64,000 nucleotides of DNA from Candidatus Omnitrophota bacterium (GTDB lineage Bacteria; Omnitrophota; Gorgyraeia; Duberdicusellales; 4484-171). Numbering within the stretch: the first letter of the stretch is position 1; each line of letters starts with the position of its first letter. Made by a program: the position numbers and the translations under genes. This document shows, piece by piece, positions 17,453-27,194 of this stretch. The stretch covers positions 224,001-288,000 of the forward strand of contig JAIPGM010000001.1 of assembly GCA_021735655.1 (NCBI GenBank), given 5' to 3'. Below the pieces are notes generated by a model. The model made no database searches and had not been told where the DNA came from. It saw nothing but the letters and a program-made list of their open reading frames with translations.

Positions 17453-18748
17453 ATGAAGGATTACAATAAGGAGTCTCTTTTTACTGCAGCTGGAAAGTTT
17501 ATTTTTGGCACAGGTATCATCTTTTTACTGCTTTTTTTATTTTATCAGAAGTCATTAATTCTGTCTTTAGATCCTAATCCAAATTTGTCTGAAATTACAG
17601 TTGAGAAAATAAAACTTACCAGGCTTTATTTATTATCGATATCTTTGGTGTTGATTTTCATATCAGGGGCAGCAAAGATGTTGCCGGTTTTTAACCGTTA
17701 TATAAATCGAATAATGGCAATTAAACCAGTGCGGTATTTTTTGTTGATAATGCTGCCGATAGTTATTTTCGAACTATACTTTCAACCTTTAGCTTTGCAA
17801 AAACCGACAATTTTAATGCGGGATGATGATTTAATCTGGAAATTACGGCCAAATAGCGAATCTATATGGGCTGAAGCGATAGTAAAGATAAATTCCAAAG
17901 GCTTAAGGGGTCCCGAGTTAGATTACGCTAAACCGGCTGATACAAAAAGAATCCTTTATTTGGGCGATTCTATAACTTTTGGTTTTAGCTTGAAAAGCTA
18001 CGATCAAACATTTCCCTGTCAGGTTGAGGAAATTTTAGAGGAAGATAATAATAGAAAAGTTGAAACAATAAATGCCGGTGTGGGCGGTTATTCTCCCTGG
18101 CAGGAATATATCTATTTATCAAAAGAAGGTATTAACTATGATCCGGATTTAGTTGTAGTCGCTTTTACCTTAACCGATGTTAGTGAGAAGCTTGGCTTGA
18201 GACGATTCGGCGGCGACAGCGAAGGGGCTCAGCTGGCAGCTTCGGCTATTACGATATTTGATTGGTTAAGTAACAAAAGCCGCATTTTATATTTCATAAA
18301 GGAGGCGGTTACTAACCTAAGATTCAACGGCGATATTGAAAAAATGGTACCGGTTGAAGAAGGGCTTAAAATTACCCAGCTAATAGATGAAGCAAACGAT
18401 CCGGACATTAAAAATGCATGGGAGATTACCTTAAATAATCTTGGTAAAATATTCGATTTTTGTAAAAGTGGAAATGTCCCGGTAATATTAGTTATTTTTC
18501 CGGTAGCGTCTCAATTTGATGATGTTGAGAACATGTCAGGGCCACAACTTTTTGTGAGCAGGTTTGCTAGTAAAAAAAATGTTCTGTCATTGGACTTGCT
18601 GCCTTTGTTATCTCAGAGAGTCAAAAATAAAAAAGTAGACCTAGAAGATTATTTTTTGGGTCCACTTCACTTATCAGCTGAGGGAAATAAGGTAGTTGCT
18701 GAATTAATAGCTGACTTTATTAAGGAAAGTAATATTTTATATTTTTGA
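17453..18748 (+). CDS. Membrane-anchored SGNH/GDSL hydrolase-fold protein (DltD/AlgX-like)
   Basis: An N-terminal transmembrane helix is present. The GDS block is 'ILYLGDSITFGF', the Gly block is 'NAGVGGYS', and the C-terminal region has a DxxH-like motif. Confidence 0.6.
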   Translation: MKDYNKESLFTAAGKFIFGTGIIFLLLFLFYQKSLILSLDPNPNLSEITVEKIKLTRLYLLSISLVLIFISGAAKMLPVFNRYINRIMAIKPVRYFLLIMLPIVIFELYFQPLALQKPTILMRDDDLIWKLRPNSESIWAEAIVKINSKGLRGPELDYAKPADTKRILYLGDSITFGFSLKSYDQTFPCQVEEILEEDNNRKVETINAGVGGYSPWQEYIYLSKEGINYDPDLVVVAFTLTDVSEKLGLRRFGGDSEGAQLAASAITIFDWLSNKSRILYFIKEAVTNLRFNGDIEKMVPVEEGLKITQLIDEANDPDIKNAWEITLNNLGKIFDFCKSGNVPVILVIFPVASQFDDVENMSGPQLFVSRFASKKNVLSLDLLPLLSQRVKNKKVDLEDYFLGPLHLSAEGNKVVAELIADFIKESNILYF

Positions 18749-19620
18749 CTTTTATCAAAATGAGTAAAACCTTAAATATTGAAGATTTGGATAGGGCTGT
18801 ACTTAGGAAATTGGAAACTCTGCAGAGTATTTTTTCTGATATGGGAAGTGCTTTAATAGCCTATTCCGGAGGTGTAGATAGCACGCTTTTAACCAAGGTG
18901 GCCAAGGATGTTCTAAAAAGTAAGGCGGTTGCTGTGACTTCAGAGTCAGAAACTTATCCTTTACGGGAATCAAGGCAGGCTAAGGAATTGGCAAGGCAGC
19001 TGGGAATAAGGCATATTATTATTAATACCCGTGAACTAGATAATGAAGAGTTTTCTAAAAATTCACCTCAAAGATGTTATTTTTGCAAAAAAGAATTGTT
19101 TTCCAGACTTTTGGATTTAGCAAAACAGCATAGTTTAGATTATGTTGTTGAGGGCTCAAATCACGACGATCGGTCTGATTATCGGCCGGGCCTAAAGGCA
19201 ATAGAGGAACTAGGCATAAGAAGTCCTTTAAAAGAAGCCGAGCTAACCAAGAAAGAAATCAGAATACTTTCGAAGATGTTCGGTTTAAGCTCTTGGAATA
19301 AACCGTCTTTTGCCTGCCTATCTTCAAGATTCCCTTACGGAACTAAAATAACCAAAGATGGATTAATAAAGGTTGATCGGGCTGAGGGGGTGTTGCTTAA
19401 ATTTGGCTTTAGCCAGTTAAGAGTAAGAATACATGGGCCAATAGCAAGGATAGAGGTTCCCAAGGAAGATATTTCTTTATTTTTTAAGGCTGGTTTGTCA
19501 GACAGAGTTGTTGAAGAATTTAAAAAAATCGGTTTTTTCTATGTAACTTTAGATTTGGCAGGTTATGAAACTGGCAGTATGAATAAGCTGCTTAAGAGCG
19601 AGGATAAATTTGGATACTAA
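18745..19620 (+). CDS. larE: LarE-family ATP-dependent sulfur transferase (PP-loop)
   Basis: 'ALIAYSGGVDSTLL' is the PP-loop motif. Conserved Cys are present (CYFCKKELF, CLSSRFPYG). It sits directly upstream of larB and larC homologs. Confidence 0.75.
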   Translation: MTFIKMSKTLNIEDLDRAVLRKLETLQSIFSDMGSALIAYSGGVDSTLLTKVAKDVLKSKAVAVTSESETYPLRESRQAKELARQLGIRHIIINTRELDNEEFSKNSPQRCYFCKKELFSRLLDLAKQHSLDYVVEGSNHDDRSDYRPGLKAIEELGIRSPLKEAELTKKEIRILSKMFGLSSWNKPSFACLSSRFPYGTKITKDGLIKVDRAEGVLLKFGFSQLRVRIHGPIARIEVPKEDISLFFKAGLSDRVVEEFKKIGFFYVTLDLAGYETGSMNKLLKSEDKFGY

Positions 19621-20356
19621 AAGACTAAAAAAATTACTTCAGGATATAAAATCGGGCAAAAAAAATGTAGCCTCAGCTATGCGGGCATTAAAGTCTCTAC
19701 CTTTTGAGGATTTAGGTTTTGCTAAGGTGGATACTCATAGAGATTTACGTTGTGGATTCTCAGAAGTCGTATTCTGTCAGGGGAAAACTTTAAACCAAGT
19801 AACAACTATCGTTAAAAAACTTTCCTTGGTTAACTCTTGTGTTTTGGCAACTAAAGCCGATAAAAAGGTTTATAGGGCTATAAAACGAATCAGAAAGAAT
19901 GCTGTTTATTATGAACAGGCAAAAATAGTAGTTATTGGAAAAAATAAAAAGTTAAAGTCAGAAAAAACTATTTTGGTTGTCAGTGCCGGTACTTCGGATA
20001 TTCCAGTAGCCGAAGAAGCCGCGGTTACAGCCATGGTTTTAGGCAATAAAGTTCAAAAGGTATATGATGTGGGGGTCGCCGGTGTACACCGGTTGCTTAA
20101 ACATAAACAAAAACTGTTTAAAGCCAGTGTGATTATAGTTGTTGCCGGAATGGAGGGGGCCTTGGCAAGTATAGTCGGAGGGTTGGTGGATAAGCCGGTT
20201 ATAGCTGTTCCTACCAGTGTGGGTTATGGAGCAAGCTTTAAGGGACTTTCGGCATTACTTACTATGCTTAATTGCTGTGCTCCGGGAATTACAGTGGTAA
20301 ATATAGATAATGGATTTGGGGCAGGGTACGCTGCTAGTATAATAAATCGACAATGA
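19610..20356 (+). CDS. larB: LarB-like NaAD carboxylase/hydrolase (PurE-fold)
   Basis: An N-terminal LarB-specific region (LKKLLQDIKSG...) precedes the PurE-like 'ILVVSAGTSDIPVAEEAA' domain. Confidence 0.7.
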   Translation: MDTKRLKKLLQDIKSGKKNVASAMRALKSLPFEDLGFAKVDTHRDLRCGFSEVVFCQGKTLNQVTTIVKKLSLVNSCVLATKADKKVYRAIKRIRKNAVYYEQAKIVVIGKNKKLKSEKTILVVSAGTSDIPVAEEAAVTAMVLGNKVQKVYDVGVAGVHRLLKHKQKLFKASVIIVVAGMEGALASIVGGLVDKPVIAVPTSVGYGASFKGLSALLTMLNCCAPGITVVNIDNGFGAGYAASIINRQ

Positions 20357-21534
20357 AGATAGCTTATTTTGATTGTTTTTGTGGGATAAGTGGGGATATG
20401 ATTTTGGGGGCATTTTTGGACTGTGGGTTAGATATTGAAGATTTGCGAAAAGAATTGAATAAGTTAAAGTTATCCGATTATCAAATAAAAATTGAGAAAG
20501 TAAAAAAAGGTGTTATCTCAGGTACTAAATTCAGCGTTGACATAAAAAAACAAAAAATCGAGCGTAGCTTAAAAGATATCCTTAAGATTATAGGAGAAAG
20601 TAATTTGGATGCTGATATAAAAAAATCATCCAGAGAGACATTTGAGTTGTTAGCAAAGGTAGAAGCCGAAATACATAATCAAGATATAGAAAAAATACAT
20701 TTTCATGAAGTAGGGGCAGTTGATTCTATAGTAGATATAGTGGGAGCTTTTATAGGAATAAAACTTTTAGGTATTGAATGTATTTATTCGTCAAAGATTC
20801 ATGTCGGGGATGGCTTTGTTAGGTGTCAGCATGGTACTTTGCCTGTTCCTTCGCCGGCCACGATAGCTTTGCTAAAAGGCATTCCGATTTATTCAAAAGG
20901 GATAGACTCTGAATTGGTTACGCCTACTGGAGCTTGCATTATAAGGAAAGTTTCTAAAGGGTTCGGTCTCTTACCAGACATGGAGATAAAAAAAATAGGC
21001 TATGGCGGAGGAAGAAAAGATTTGTCAATTCCTAATCTTTTAAGAATTTTTATAGGGGAAACCGAGGAGGATAATATATACGATAATGATGAAGTAATAC
21101 TTATTGAGACAAACATAGATGATATGAGCCCCGAGGCAGTAGGCTATATTTCAGAAAGATTGCTTAGCCGAGATGCTTTGGATGTTTTCACTACTCCAAT
21201 TTTTATGAAAAAAAACCGGCCGGCAGTAACTTTAAGTATTTTGACCGAACCTAGCAAGCTCGACGACATGCTTTCTTGTTTATTCTCGGAAACAACTACC
21301 TTTGGTATAAGGATGCGTGGTTTTAAGCGGAGAAAACTTTTACGCAAGATTGCTATGATTGATACAAAGTTTGGTCCGATTGCGGTTAAAGTTGGCCGGA
21401 CTAGTGAAGGGATAAAGACTATCGCTCCTGAATATGAATCTTGTAAACAAGTTGCTCAAAAGGAAAATATTCCTTTTAAAAATATATACAGCGAAGTAAA
21501 GAAAATAGCTGATCAAGTTTTAAAAGAAACCTAA
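20353..21534 (+). CDS. larC: LarC-like nickel insertase (DUF111)
   Basis: 'MKIAYFDCFCGISGDMILGAFLDCGL' is the typical DUF111/LarC N-terminus. The length, about 390 aa, is appropriate. Confidence 0.8.
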   Translation: MKIAYFDCFCGISGDMILGAFLDCGLDIEDLRKELNKLKLSDYQIKIEKVKKGVISGTKFSVDIKKQKIERSLKDILKIIGESNLDADIKKSSRETFELLAKVEAEIHNQDIEKIHFHEVGAVDSIVDIVGAFIGIKLLGIECIYSSKIHVGDGFVRCQHGTLPVPSPATIALLKGIPIYSKGIDSELVTPTGACIIRKVSKGFGLLPDMEIKKIGYGGGRKDLSIPNLLRIFIGETEEDNIYDNDEVILIETNIDDMSPEAVGYISERLLSRDALDVFTTPIFMKKNRPAVTLSILTEPSKLDDMLSCLFSETTTFGIRMRGFKRRKLLRKIAMIDTKFGPIAVKVGRTSEGIKTIAPEYESCKQVAQKENIPFKNIYSEVKKIADQVLKET

Positions 21535-21545
21535 AGGCTTAGCTG

Positions 21546-22760
21546 ATGTCGGTGAAACTTAAGCGTCTATTTGGATCATTTGTGAGATTGTGTTCATTTA
21601 TTGTGCTTATCTTTAGGCCTTACGCCGATAACGAGATTCAGGCATCTAGTGAGCCTTTGCCCGGTGAGCATAAAAATATACCGGCACCTTTCTATCCGCC
21701 GAAAAATTCCAAAATTATATCTTTACCACAACAGAAACAAGTGGTTACGACTGAAGTTTCGATAATAAAAGGTTATAATTTATATTCTATTACCAGAGAA
21801 GCTATCGATGCAATCGGTGGTATGAAAAGTATAGTAAAAAAGGGTAATAAAGTATTTATAAAGCCTAACTATGTAAGTGGCGGCCTTAATGGGCATGATC
21901 CAGTTACAACCGGAGAAATTGCTCATCCGGAAGTAGTTGCTTCGGTAGCGGAAGAATGCTTGAAGGCCGGAGCTAAAGAAGTAATAATTGGTGAGTGGGT
22001 CGAGCGTCCTTATAAAATAAACTTTGGTGGCGAGGAAGGAAAAGATGGTGCTCAAGTTAAGCATTTAATCGATTTATTAAATAAAAAATATGGACATAAG
22101 ATTTATTTGATAAATTTAATGGACCATACTACTAATTTTAAATACTTTCCTTCAAGGACTAAATTAGGCTTTTTGGCAATTCCTGACATAGTAGCTGAAG
22201 CAGATGTAATTATCTCGATCCCTTCTCTGAAAACTCATCATAAACCATGCCCGGTAAGTTTAGGTATGAAGAATTTTATGGGTATTATGCCTTCTATTTT
22301 TTATGGCGAGCCGCGGTATAAATTGCATGAAGCTGGAGTTCATCAGGTAATAGTGGACATTAACCAAGCTTTAAAGCCATCTTTAGTTGTTATCGATGGA
22401 AGCTTTGGGATGGAAAAGGGTGGTGCCTCAGTGTTTTTAGGAGGCAAACCAGTAGATGTTAGCAAGCGTATAGGAGGGTTTTTGGTGATTGCCGGGAGAG
22501 ATCCGGTGGCGACAGACGCAACTGCTACTCGGTTGATTACTAAAGATTGGGGGCCGAGACCTGAAGATTCCAATTTGGGTACTCCTTGGTATGTACATCA
22601 TCTTCGGATGGCTAGCGAACAAGGATTGGGGGTTTTGGATGCTTCGCGAATAATTATTAAGGGTGAGAGCTTAAAAAGCGTTGAAATGAATTGGCAGGCT
22701 TCGGATGATGGAGTATATCCTGAAATTAAGAAAGATGAAAATCCTAAAGACAACAATTAA
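21546..22760 (+). CDS. DUF362-like domain protein with an N-terminal hydrophobic segment
   Basis: 'KGNKVFIKPNYVSG' and 'SIPSLKTHHKPCPVSLGMKNFMG' match my recollection of DUF362 blocks. It sits immediately downstream of larBCE. Confidence 0.45.
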   Translation: MSVKLKRLFGSFVRLCSFIVLIFRPYADNEIQASSEPLPGEHKNIPAPFYPPKNSKIISLPQQKQVVTTEVSIIKGYNLYSITREAIDAIGGMKSIVKKGNKVFIKPNYVSGGLNGHDPVTTGEIAHPEVVASVAEECLKAGAKEVIIGEWVERPYKINFGGEEGKDGAQVKHLIDLLNKKYGHKIYLINLMDHTTNFKYFPSRTKLGFLAIPDIVAEADVIISIPSLKTHHKPCPVSLGMKNFMGIMPSIFYGEPRYKLHEAGVHQVIVDINQALKPSLVVIDGSFGMEKGGASVFLGGKPVDVSKRIGGFLVIAGRDPVATDATATRLITKDWGPRPEDSNLGTPWYVHHLRMASEQGLGVLDASRIIIKGESLKSVEMNWQASDDGVYPEIKKDENPKDNN

Positions 22761-23676
22761 GTGCATATTTTATTGTTTTCTTTTGATTTATTCTACTGGA
22801 GGAGATGTCCGGTCAGAAACCTCTTTGGTAATCGAAACTAATGATTTACAAGGATATTGGAAACAGGGGGTGGTTGGATCAAGAAAAGTAGTTTTTACCG
22901 ATAAGGCAGATAATTTTTCAGAGATTAGAGCATCTGTGCCTAAAGATGGAAAATATAATTTATTGGTATATCTTCATCATGATTGGAGAAATAGAGAAGC
23001 TTTCCCTGGTATTTATGTTGAAGCGGTTGATTCAAAAGGAATCCAGCATAAAGGGTATCACCTAGTTGAAAATATTTGGTATTTAGATGAAGAAGCCCAA
23101 GGTCGTTGGTTTTTTGTTTCCTTATCAAAAAATCCTTATTGGGTTCTCCCTCAAGGAGAGTTGTATTTAAAATTCTGGGCTGTGGGAAAAACCTTTCCCT
23201 GGGAAGGTCAATCCATTCCTTTAGAAGGTAAGGTTTCGATTAATAGTTTTTTTCTTATGCCGGTATTTAACTCCGATTCTGGTATGTTTTCTTTAGGCAT
23301 AATTAATCCTGAAAGCGGCAAGGGGGATTGGGAGGTTCATAATTATCATCCGTTGCATGCCACCAACTTTATTAAGACCGATAAAAAAAATGCACAATTT
23401 TTGTGTGAAACCGATATTGTGAAGGCAGGGTATTATCAAGCATTCCTTTCAGTTTTTTCGCCTTCAGGTGGTAATTTGGAGTTAAACTTGAAAGGCCAGT
23501 CAGACAATAGGGCAACCGTCATCAGATTAGATTCTAGTAAGGAGTGGTTGTTGATTCCAACCGAAACTATGTATTTAGATAAAGGCTATTATTCGTTGAT
23601 GTTTAAAAATTTAACCTCAAAAGAAGTAATGATTGATTTTGTTTTCTTAGCGCCATCGGAAAAATCTTTTAAATGA
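22735..23676 (+). CDS. Exported hypothetical protein
   Basis: The ATG at 22735 gives MKILKTTIKCIFYCFLLIYSTGG, which is signal-peptide-like. The ORF track extends it to 22705. Confidence 0.4.
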   Translation: MKILKTTIKCIFYCFLLIYSTGGDVRSETSLVIETNDLQGYWKQGVVGSRKVVFTDKADNFSEIRASVPKDGKYNLLVYLHHDWRNREAFPGIYVEAVDSKGIQHKGYHLVENIWYLDEEAQGRWFFVSLSKNPYWVLPQGELYLKFWAVGKTFPWEGQSIPLEGKVSINSFFLMPVFNSDSGMFSLGIINPESGKGDWEVHNYHPLHATNFIKTDKKNAQFLCETDIVKAGYYQAFLSVFSPSGGNLELNLKGQSDNRATVIRLDSSKEWLLIPTETMYLDKGYYSLMFKNLTSKEVMIDFVFLAPSEKSFK

Positions 23677-25244
23677 ATTTAAAAGCAATACCACAAAATA
23701 AAGTTTTAATAATTTTTGCTATTTTAATCGTTGGTTTATTACTGCGTGTATATAAGTTAGATAGTAAGAGTCTTTGGTATGATGAAGCCTGCGCTTTAAG
23801 CTTTACTGAGTATAATTTGAGTGATGTGCCGTCTCACCGTTATATAGCTAAACCGGTATATTTTTTAATTTTAAAACCATGGGTTAGTTTATTTGGATCC
23901 AGTGAATCTGCTGGTCGGTCTTTATCAGTTATTTTTGGGTTAGTTTCAATTTTTTTAATCTATAAACTAGCTAAAATACTTTTTGGCCGGTCAGTAGGAG
24001 CGTGGAGTGCTTTTATCTTGGCTATCTCGCCTTATCATATTTATCATTCCCAGCAGCTAAGAAATTACAGCTTATTTGTTTTGCTGGGTATTTTGTCGAT
24101 GTTTTTATTTGTAAAAAGCCTGGAAAAAACCAAAAATAGTTTATATCTTGTTTTTCATACCTTGATCAATGGCCTTCTTATTTATACGCATCCTTACGGA
24201 ATATTTATAATAATTGCTCAGAGTATAGTTTTATTTGCTCAAAGAAAGAGAGTAAAATTTAAAAGAAGATGGGTTATTTCCCAGATAATAGTTTTATTAT
24301 GCTTTATTTCTTTGGTTTCGGTGATAGTCACAAACCCTAAGACTAATGAAATCGATTATATTCAGAAACCCGATCTTGCTTTGGTGCTTGAAACCTTTGA
24401 GGCTTTCAGCTACGGGGGGCCCAGGCAGGCGCATGGTGGTTTGGGGTTTTGGATTGATTCCCAGCGTTTAGTTGTGCCCAGAATTACTGTTTTTATATTT
24501 TTGATTTTCTGTTTAATGGGATTAATCCCTAAAAAGAAATTCAGGAAAGATTCTGACCTTTCTTCTGATCCCTTAGGCGGAATTATTTTGATTTTGCTCT
24601 GGCTGGTAGTGCCGATTATTTGTGCCTATAGTTTTTCAAAGATTTTTTTTCCGATTTATATAACTAGGTATCTCGTTGCTTCCGCCCCGGCTTTTTATAT
24701 CATTGTTGCTAGGGGAATAAGTCAGATGCCAAGATTAACTCGTCAAACAGTTATTCCAGTAGTTATTATTTTTCTGTCAGTATTTTCTTTAAACATTCTA
24801 TATAATCCGCAGGTAAAAGGCGACTGGCGAGATGGGGCTATTTTCTTAAAAGAACGGATAAAAAAAGAAGATGCTATTGTGTTTGTCCCTTTACAGCAAA
24901 TTGTTCCTTTTTGGTATTACTATAAATACGGCCAAAAGCATGCCTTAAAGAACATAGATAGATTTGGCAGGCTGGTAAACGGAAAGCAGTATCGGGAGTT
25001 TTACGATAAGGCTAATTTTATTACGGGTATAGAATTAGATGCCCGGCAAGAGGATATAGAAAATAACTTTAATAATCTAGCTAAGAACGATGAAGATATC
25101 TGGCTTATTGTTTCTCCGGGGTGGATGTCGCAGAAATCCCTTGAGTTTACGCAGAAGTATCTTGATGAATTTTATGTTTTAAAGAGTAAAAGTTCTTATT
25201 CTTATAATGGTGTGGAAATTTTACAATATAGCGTTAAAAATTAA
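23673..25244 (+). CDS. GT-C membrane glycosyltransferase (ArnT/PMT-like)
   Basis: The 'SLWYDEACALSF' DE-loop motif is present and the N-terminal half is polytopic. It is a paralog of the 9908 gene (…YAQEARNYS… / …YHSQQLRNYS…). Confidence 0.65.
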   Translation: MNLKAIPQNKVLIIFAILIVGLLLRVYKLDSKSLWYDEACALSFTEYNLSDVPSHRYIAKPVYFLILKPWVSLFGSSESAGRSLSVIFGLVSIFLIYKLAKILFGRSVGAWSAFILAISPYHIYHSQQLRNYSLFVLLGILSMFLFVKSLEKTKNSLYLVFHTLINGLLIYTHPYGIFIIIAQSIVLFAQRKRVKFKRRWVISQIIVLLCFISLVSVIVTNPKTNEIDYIQKPDLALVLETFEAFSYGGPRQAHGGLGFWIDSQRLVVPRITVFIFLIFCLMGLIPKKKFRKDSDLSSDPLGGIILILLWLVVPIICAYSFSKIFFPIYITRYLVASAPAFYIIVARGISQMPRLTRQTVIPVVIIFLSVFSLNILYNPQVKGDWRDGAIFLKERIKKEDAIVFVPLQQIVPFWYYYKYGQKHALKNIDRFGRLVNGKQYREFYDKANFITGIELDARQEDIENNFNNLAKNDEDIWLIVSPGWMSQKSLEFTQKYLDEFYVLKSKSSYSYNGVEILQYSVKN

Positions 25245-25259
25245 AGGTATATATTTAAA

Positions 25260-27194
25260 ATGATTAAGTTTTTATATCAGGAAATGTACCAGCGCAGAAA
25301 TATTATCGCAATTTTAGTCATTATGCTTATTGTCGGAATGTTCTATTTTCCGACGATAAAGGATATCGATTCTACAATTATAAGCGAGGATGACTGGTTT
25401 GGTTTTTATTACTATGCGGGCATATCAAGATTAACAGCCTTGAAATATCATCAGTTGCCGTTGCGTACTCCTTATCTAGGCGGAGGGTACCCTTCGATTG
25501 CTCACCCTTTCGATTATACCCTAAGCCCTTTTTTCTTTTTTATTTTATTGTTTGGGGAAGTAGCAGGATTAAGGTTGATGGTGTACTTTATTTTTATGTT
25601 TGGTTCTTTGGGGATGTTTTACTTTACTAGATATGTTTTGAAATACAATCTCATGGGAGCTATTTTCTCTTGCTTGACTTTTTCTCTCTGCAGTTGGGGG
25701 GCTTTTGAGGTAGTTGACGGAAATATCCCTAAGATATTTTGTTATCTTTTGCCTTGGCTATTTGCTTTTTTGCTGCAATCTAAAAAAGATAAGCGATTCT
25801 TAATCCTTGCTTGTTTAGTTTTGAGTCCGATTCTGACCCTATCTGGTTTATCTTTTATCCCGGTAGTGCTGGCTTTGTTTTTATTAGCCTGCTTTTATGC
25901 CGTCAGTATAAATAAGGGGTTTAAGTTTAAAATCAGAGGATCGTATATAGCTTTTTTTCTGGCCATAATAATCGGAACCTGTCTTTTATTTGCTATTAAA
26001 GTCATTCCGATGTTTGAACTTTATAAAATGCGCACAGAGTATATTCATTTGCCATACGAGAATTCTTATTCTGCGATTTCCCGAGCCACTAAGGCCTTTG
26101 GCGCTTGTTTGGATATGGAATTACTTAAAAAGTCCTTGTTGGATAAGAGCTTTCGTGGATATTCAACAATGTATTTAGGGTATCTTCCACTCGTTTTTAT
26201 GTTTTTATCGATTTTAATCTATGCAAAAAAAAATATGCGCTACATATTGCTTCTGATCGTATTTGCCCTCATTCAGTTTGGATCGAGAAGTCCCCTGGAT
26301 TTATTTAAGATATTTTGGCAGATTCATCCGTCAGTTCATGGGATATGGAGGCTTAATAAATATTTTGGTTTTTTTATTCCCTTTTTTATTTCTATAATTG
26401 CCGGGAGGTTTTTCTTAATTTTTAGACATAAAAAGATAATTAAACCGCTGGTATTTATAATCATCGGGATTAGTGCATATCATATGTATTCGAATAATAG
26501 ATTGATTTTTAGTCCTATGGTTTACGAAAGAAAGCCGTCTTTGGAGGTGTATGATTCGTTTTTTCCGGTTGAGATAGAAAACACTACCATAGAAAGAGCT
26601 TGGCCGGGATTTCATGAGGTTAAAGACATACGGTCCTATCAGCCTTTTTGGTTGCTGTTACGTCAAAATATAGGAGTGGTGAATTTTAATTGGTCGGGGA
26701 ATTTAAACCTTTCTCAATACGCTCAGCCTAAATATATACTTCCTACTGGTAAACAGGTAGGAGAAATTGTCTATGTCCGTGGTTACGAACAGTTATCCCA
26801 AGATATAAATGTACCAATTGATTTAATGACTGTAGCAAGGGACAACCCTCATTATCAAGGAGAAGTATTTTTTTTGAAAAAAAACAACAAGGTGGACTCG
26901 ACATATCTTAGTCCTAATATAGTAAAAGCTGATGTTAGTCTTAGAAGTCCTGATCGGCTTATTATAAATCAGAATTACCACAAGAGTTGGACAGTGGACA
27001 AGGGCAAGCTGATAAATCACAAAGGCTTGCTGGCAGTTGAGCTTGTAGATCAAGGTGTTCATCAGGTGACATTTAGATATGTTCCTCTAGATTTTTATTT
27101 AGGCGCGATTGTAAGTTTTTTTACACTTATAGGTATGTTGGCTTACTTTTGGTTCGTGCCTGGGAAAAAAATTAGTTTCAATAAAGCTAAATAA
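25260..27194 (+). CDS. Large polytopic membrane protein, YfhO-like (tandem paralog 1)
   Basis: 644 aa with many transmembrane helices. The C-terminus is '…FRYVPLDFYLGAIVSFFTLIG…'. Confidence 0.45.
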   Translation: MIKFLYQEMYQRRNIIAILVIMLIVGMFYFPTIKDIDSTIISEDDWFGFYYYAGISRLTALKYHQLPLRTPYLGGGYPSIAHPFDYTLSPFFFFILLFGEVAGLRLMVYFIFMFGSLGMFYFTRYVLKYNLMGAIFSCLTFSLCSWGAFEVVDGNIPKIFCYLLPWLFAFLLQSKKDKRFLILACLVLSPILTLSGLSFIPVVLALFLLACFYAVSINKGFKFKIRGSYIAFFLAIIIGTCLLFAIKVIPMFELYKMRTEYIHLPYENSYSAISRATKAFGACLDMELLKKSLLDKSFRGYSTMYLGYLPLVFMFLSILIYAKKNMRYILLLIVFALIQFGSRSPLDLFKIFWQIHPSVHGIWRLNKYFGFFIPFFISIIAGRFFLIFRHKKIIKPLVFIIIGISAYHMYSNNRLIFSPMVYERKPSLEVYDSFFPVEIENTTIERAWPGFHEVKDIRSYQPFWLLLRQNIGVVNFNWSGNLNLSQYAQPKYILPTGKQVGEIVYVRGYEQLSQDINVPIDLMTVARDNPHYQGEVFFLKKNNKVDSTYLSPNIVKADVSLRSPDRLIINQNYHKSWTVDKGKLINHKGLLAVELVDQGVHQVTFRYVPLDFYLGAIVSFFTLIGMLAYFWFVPGKKISFNKAK

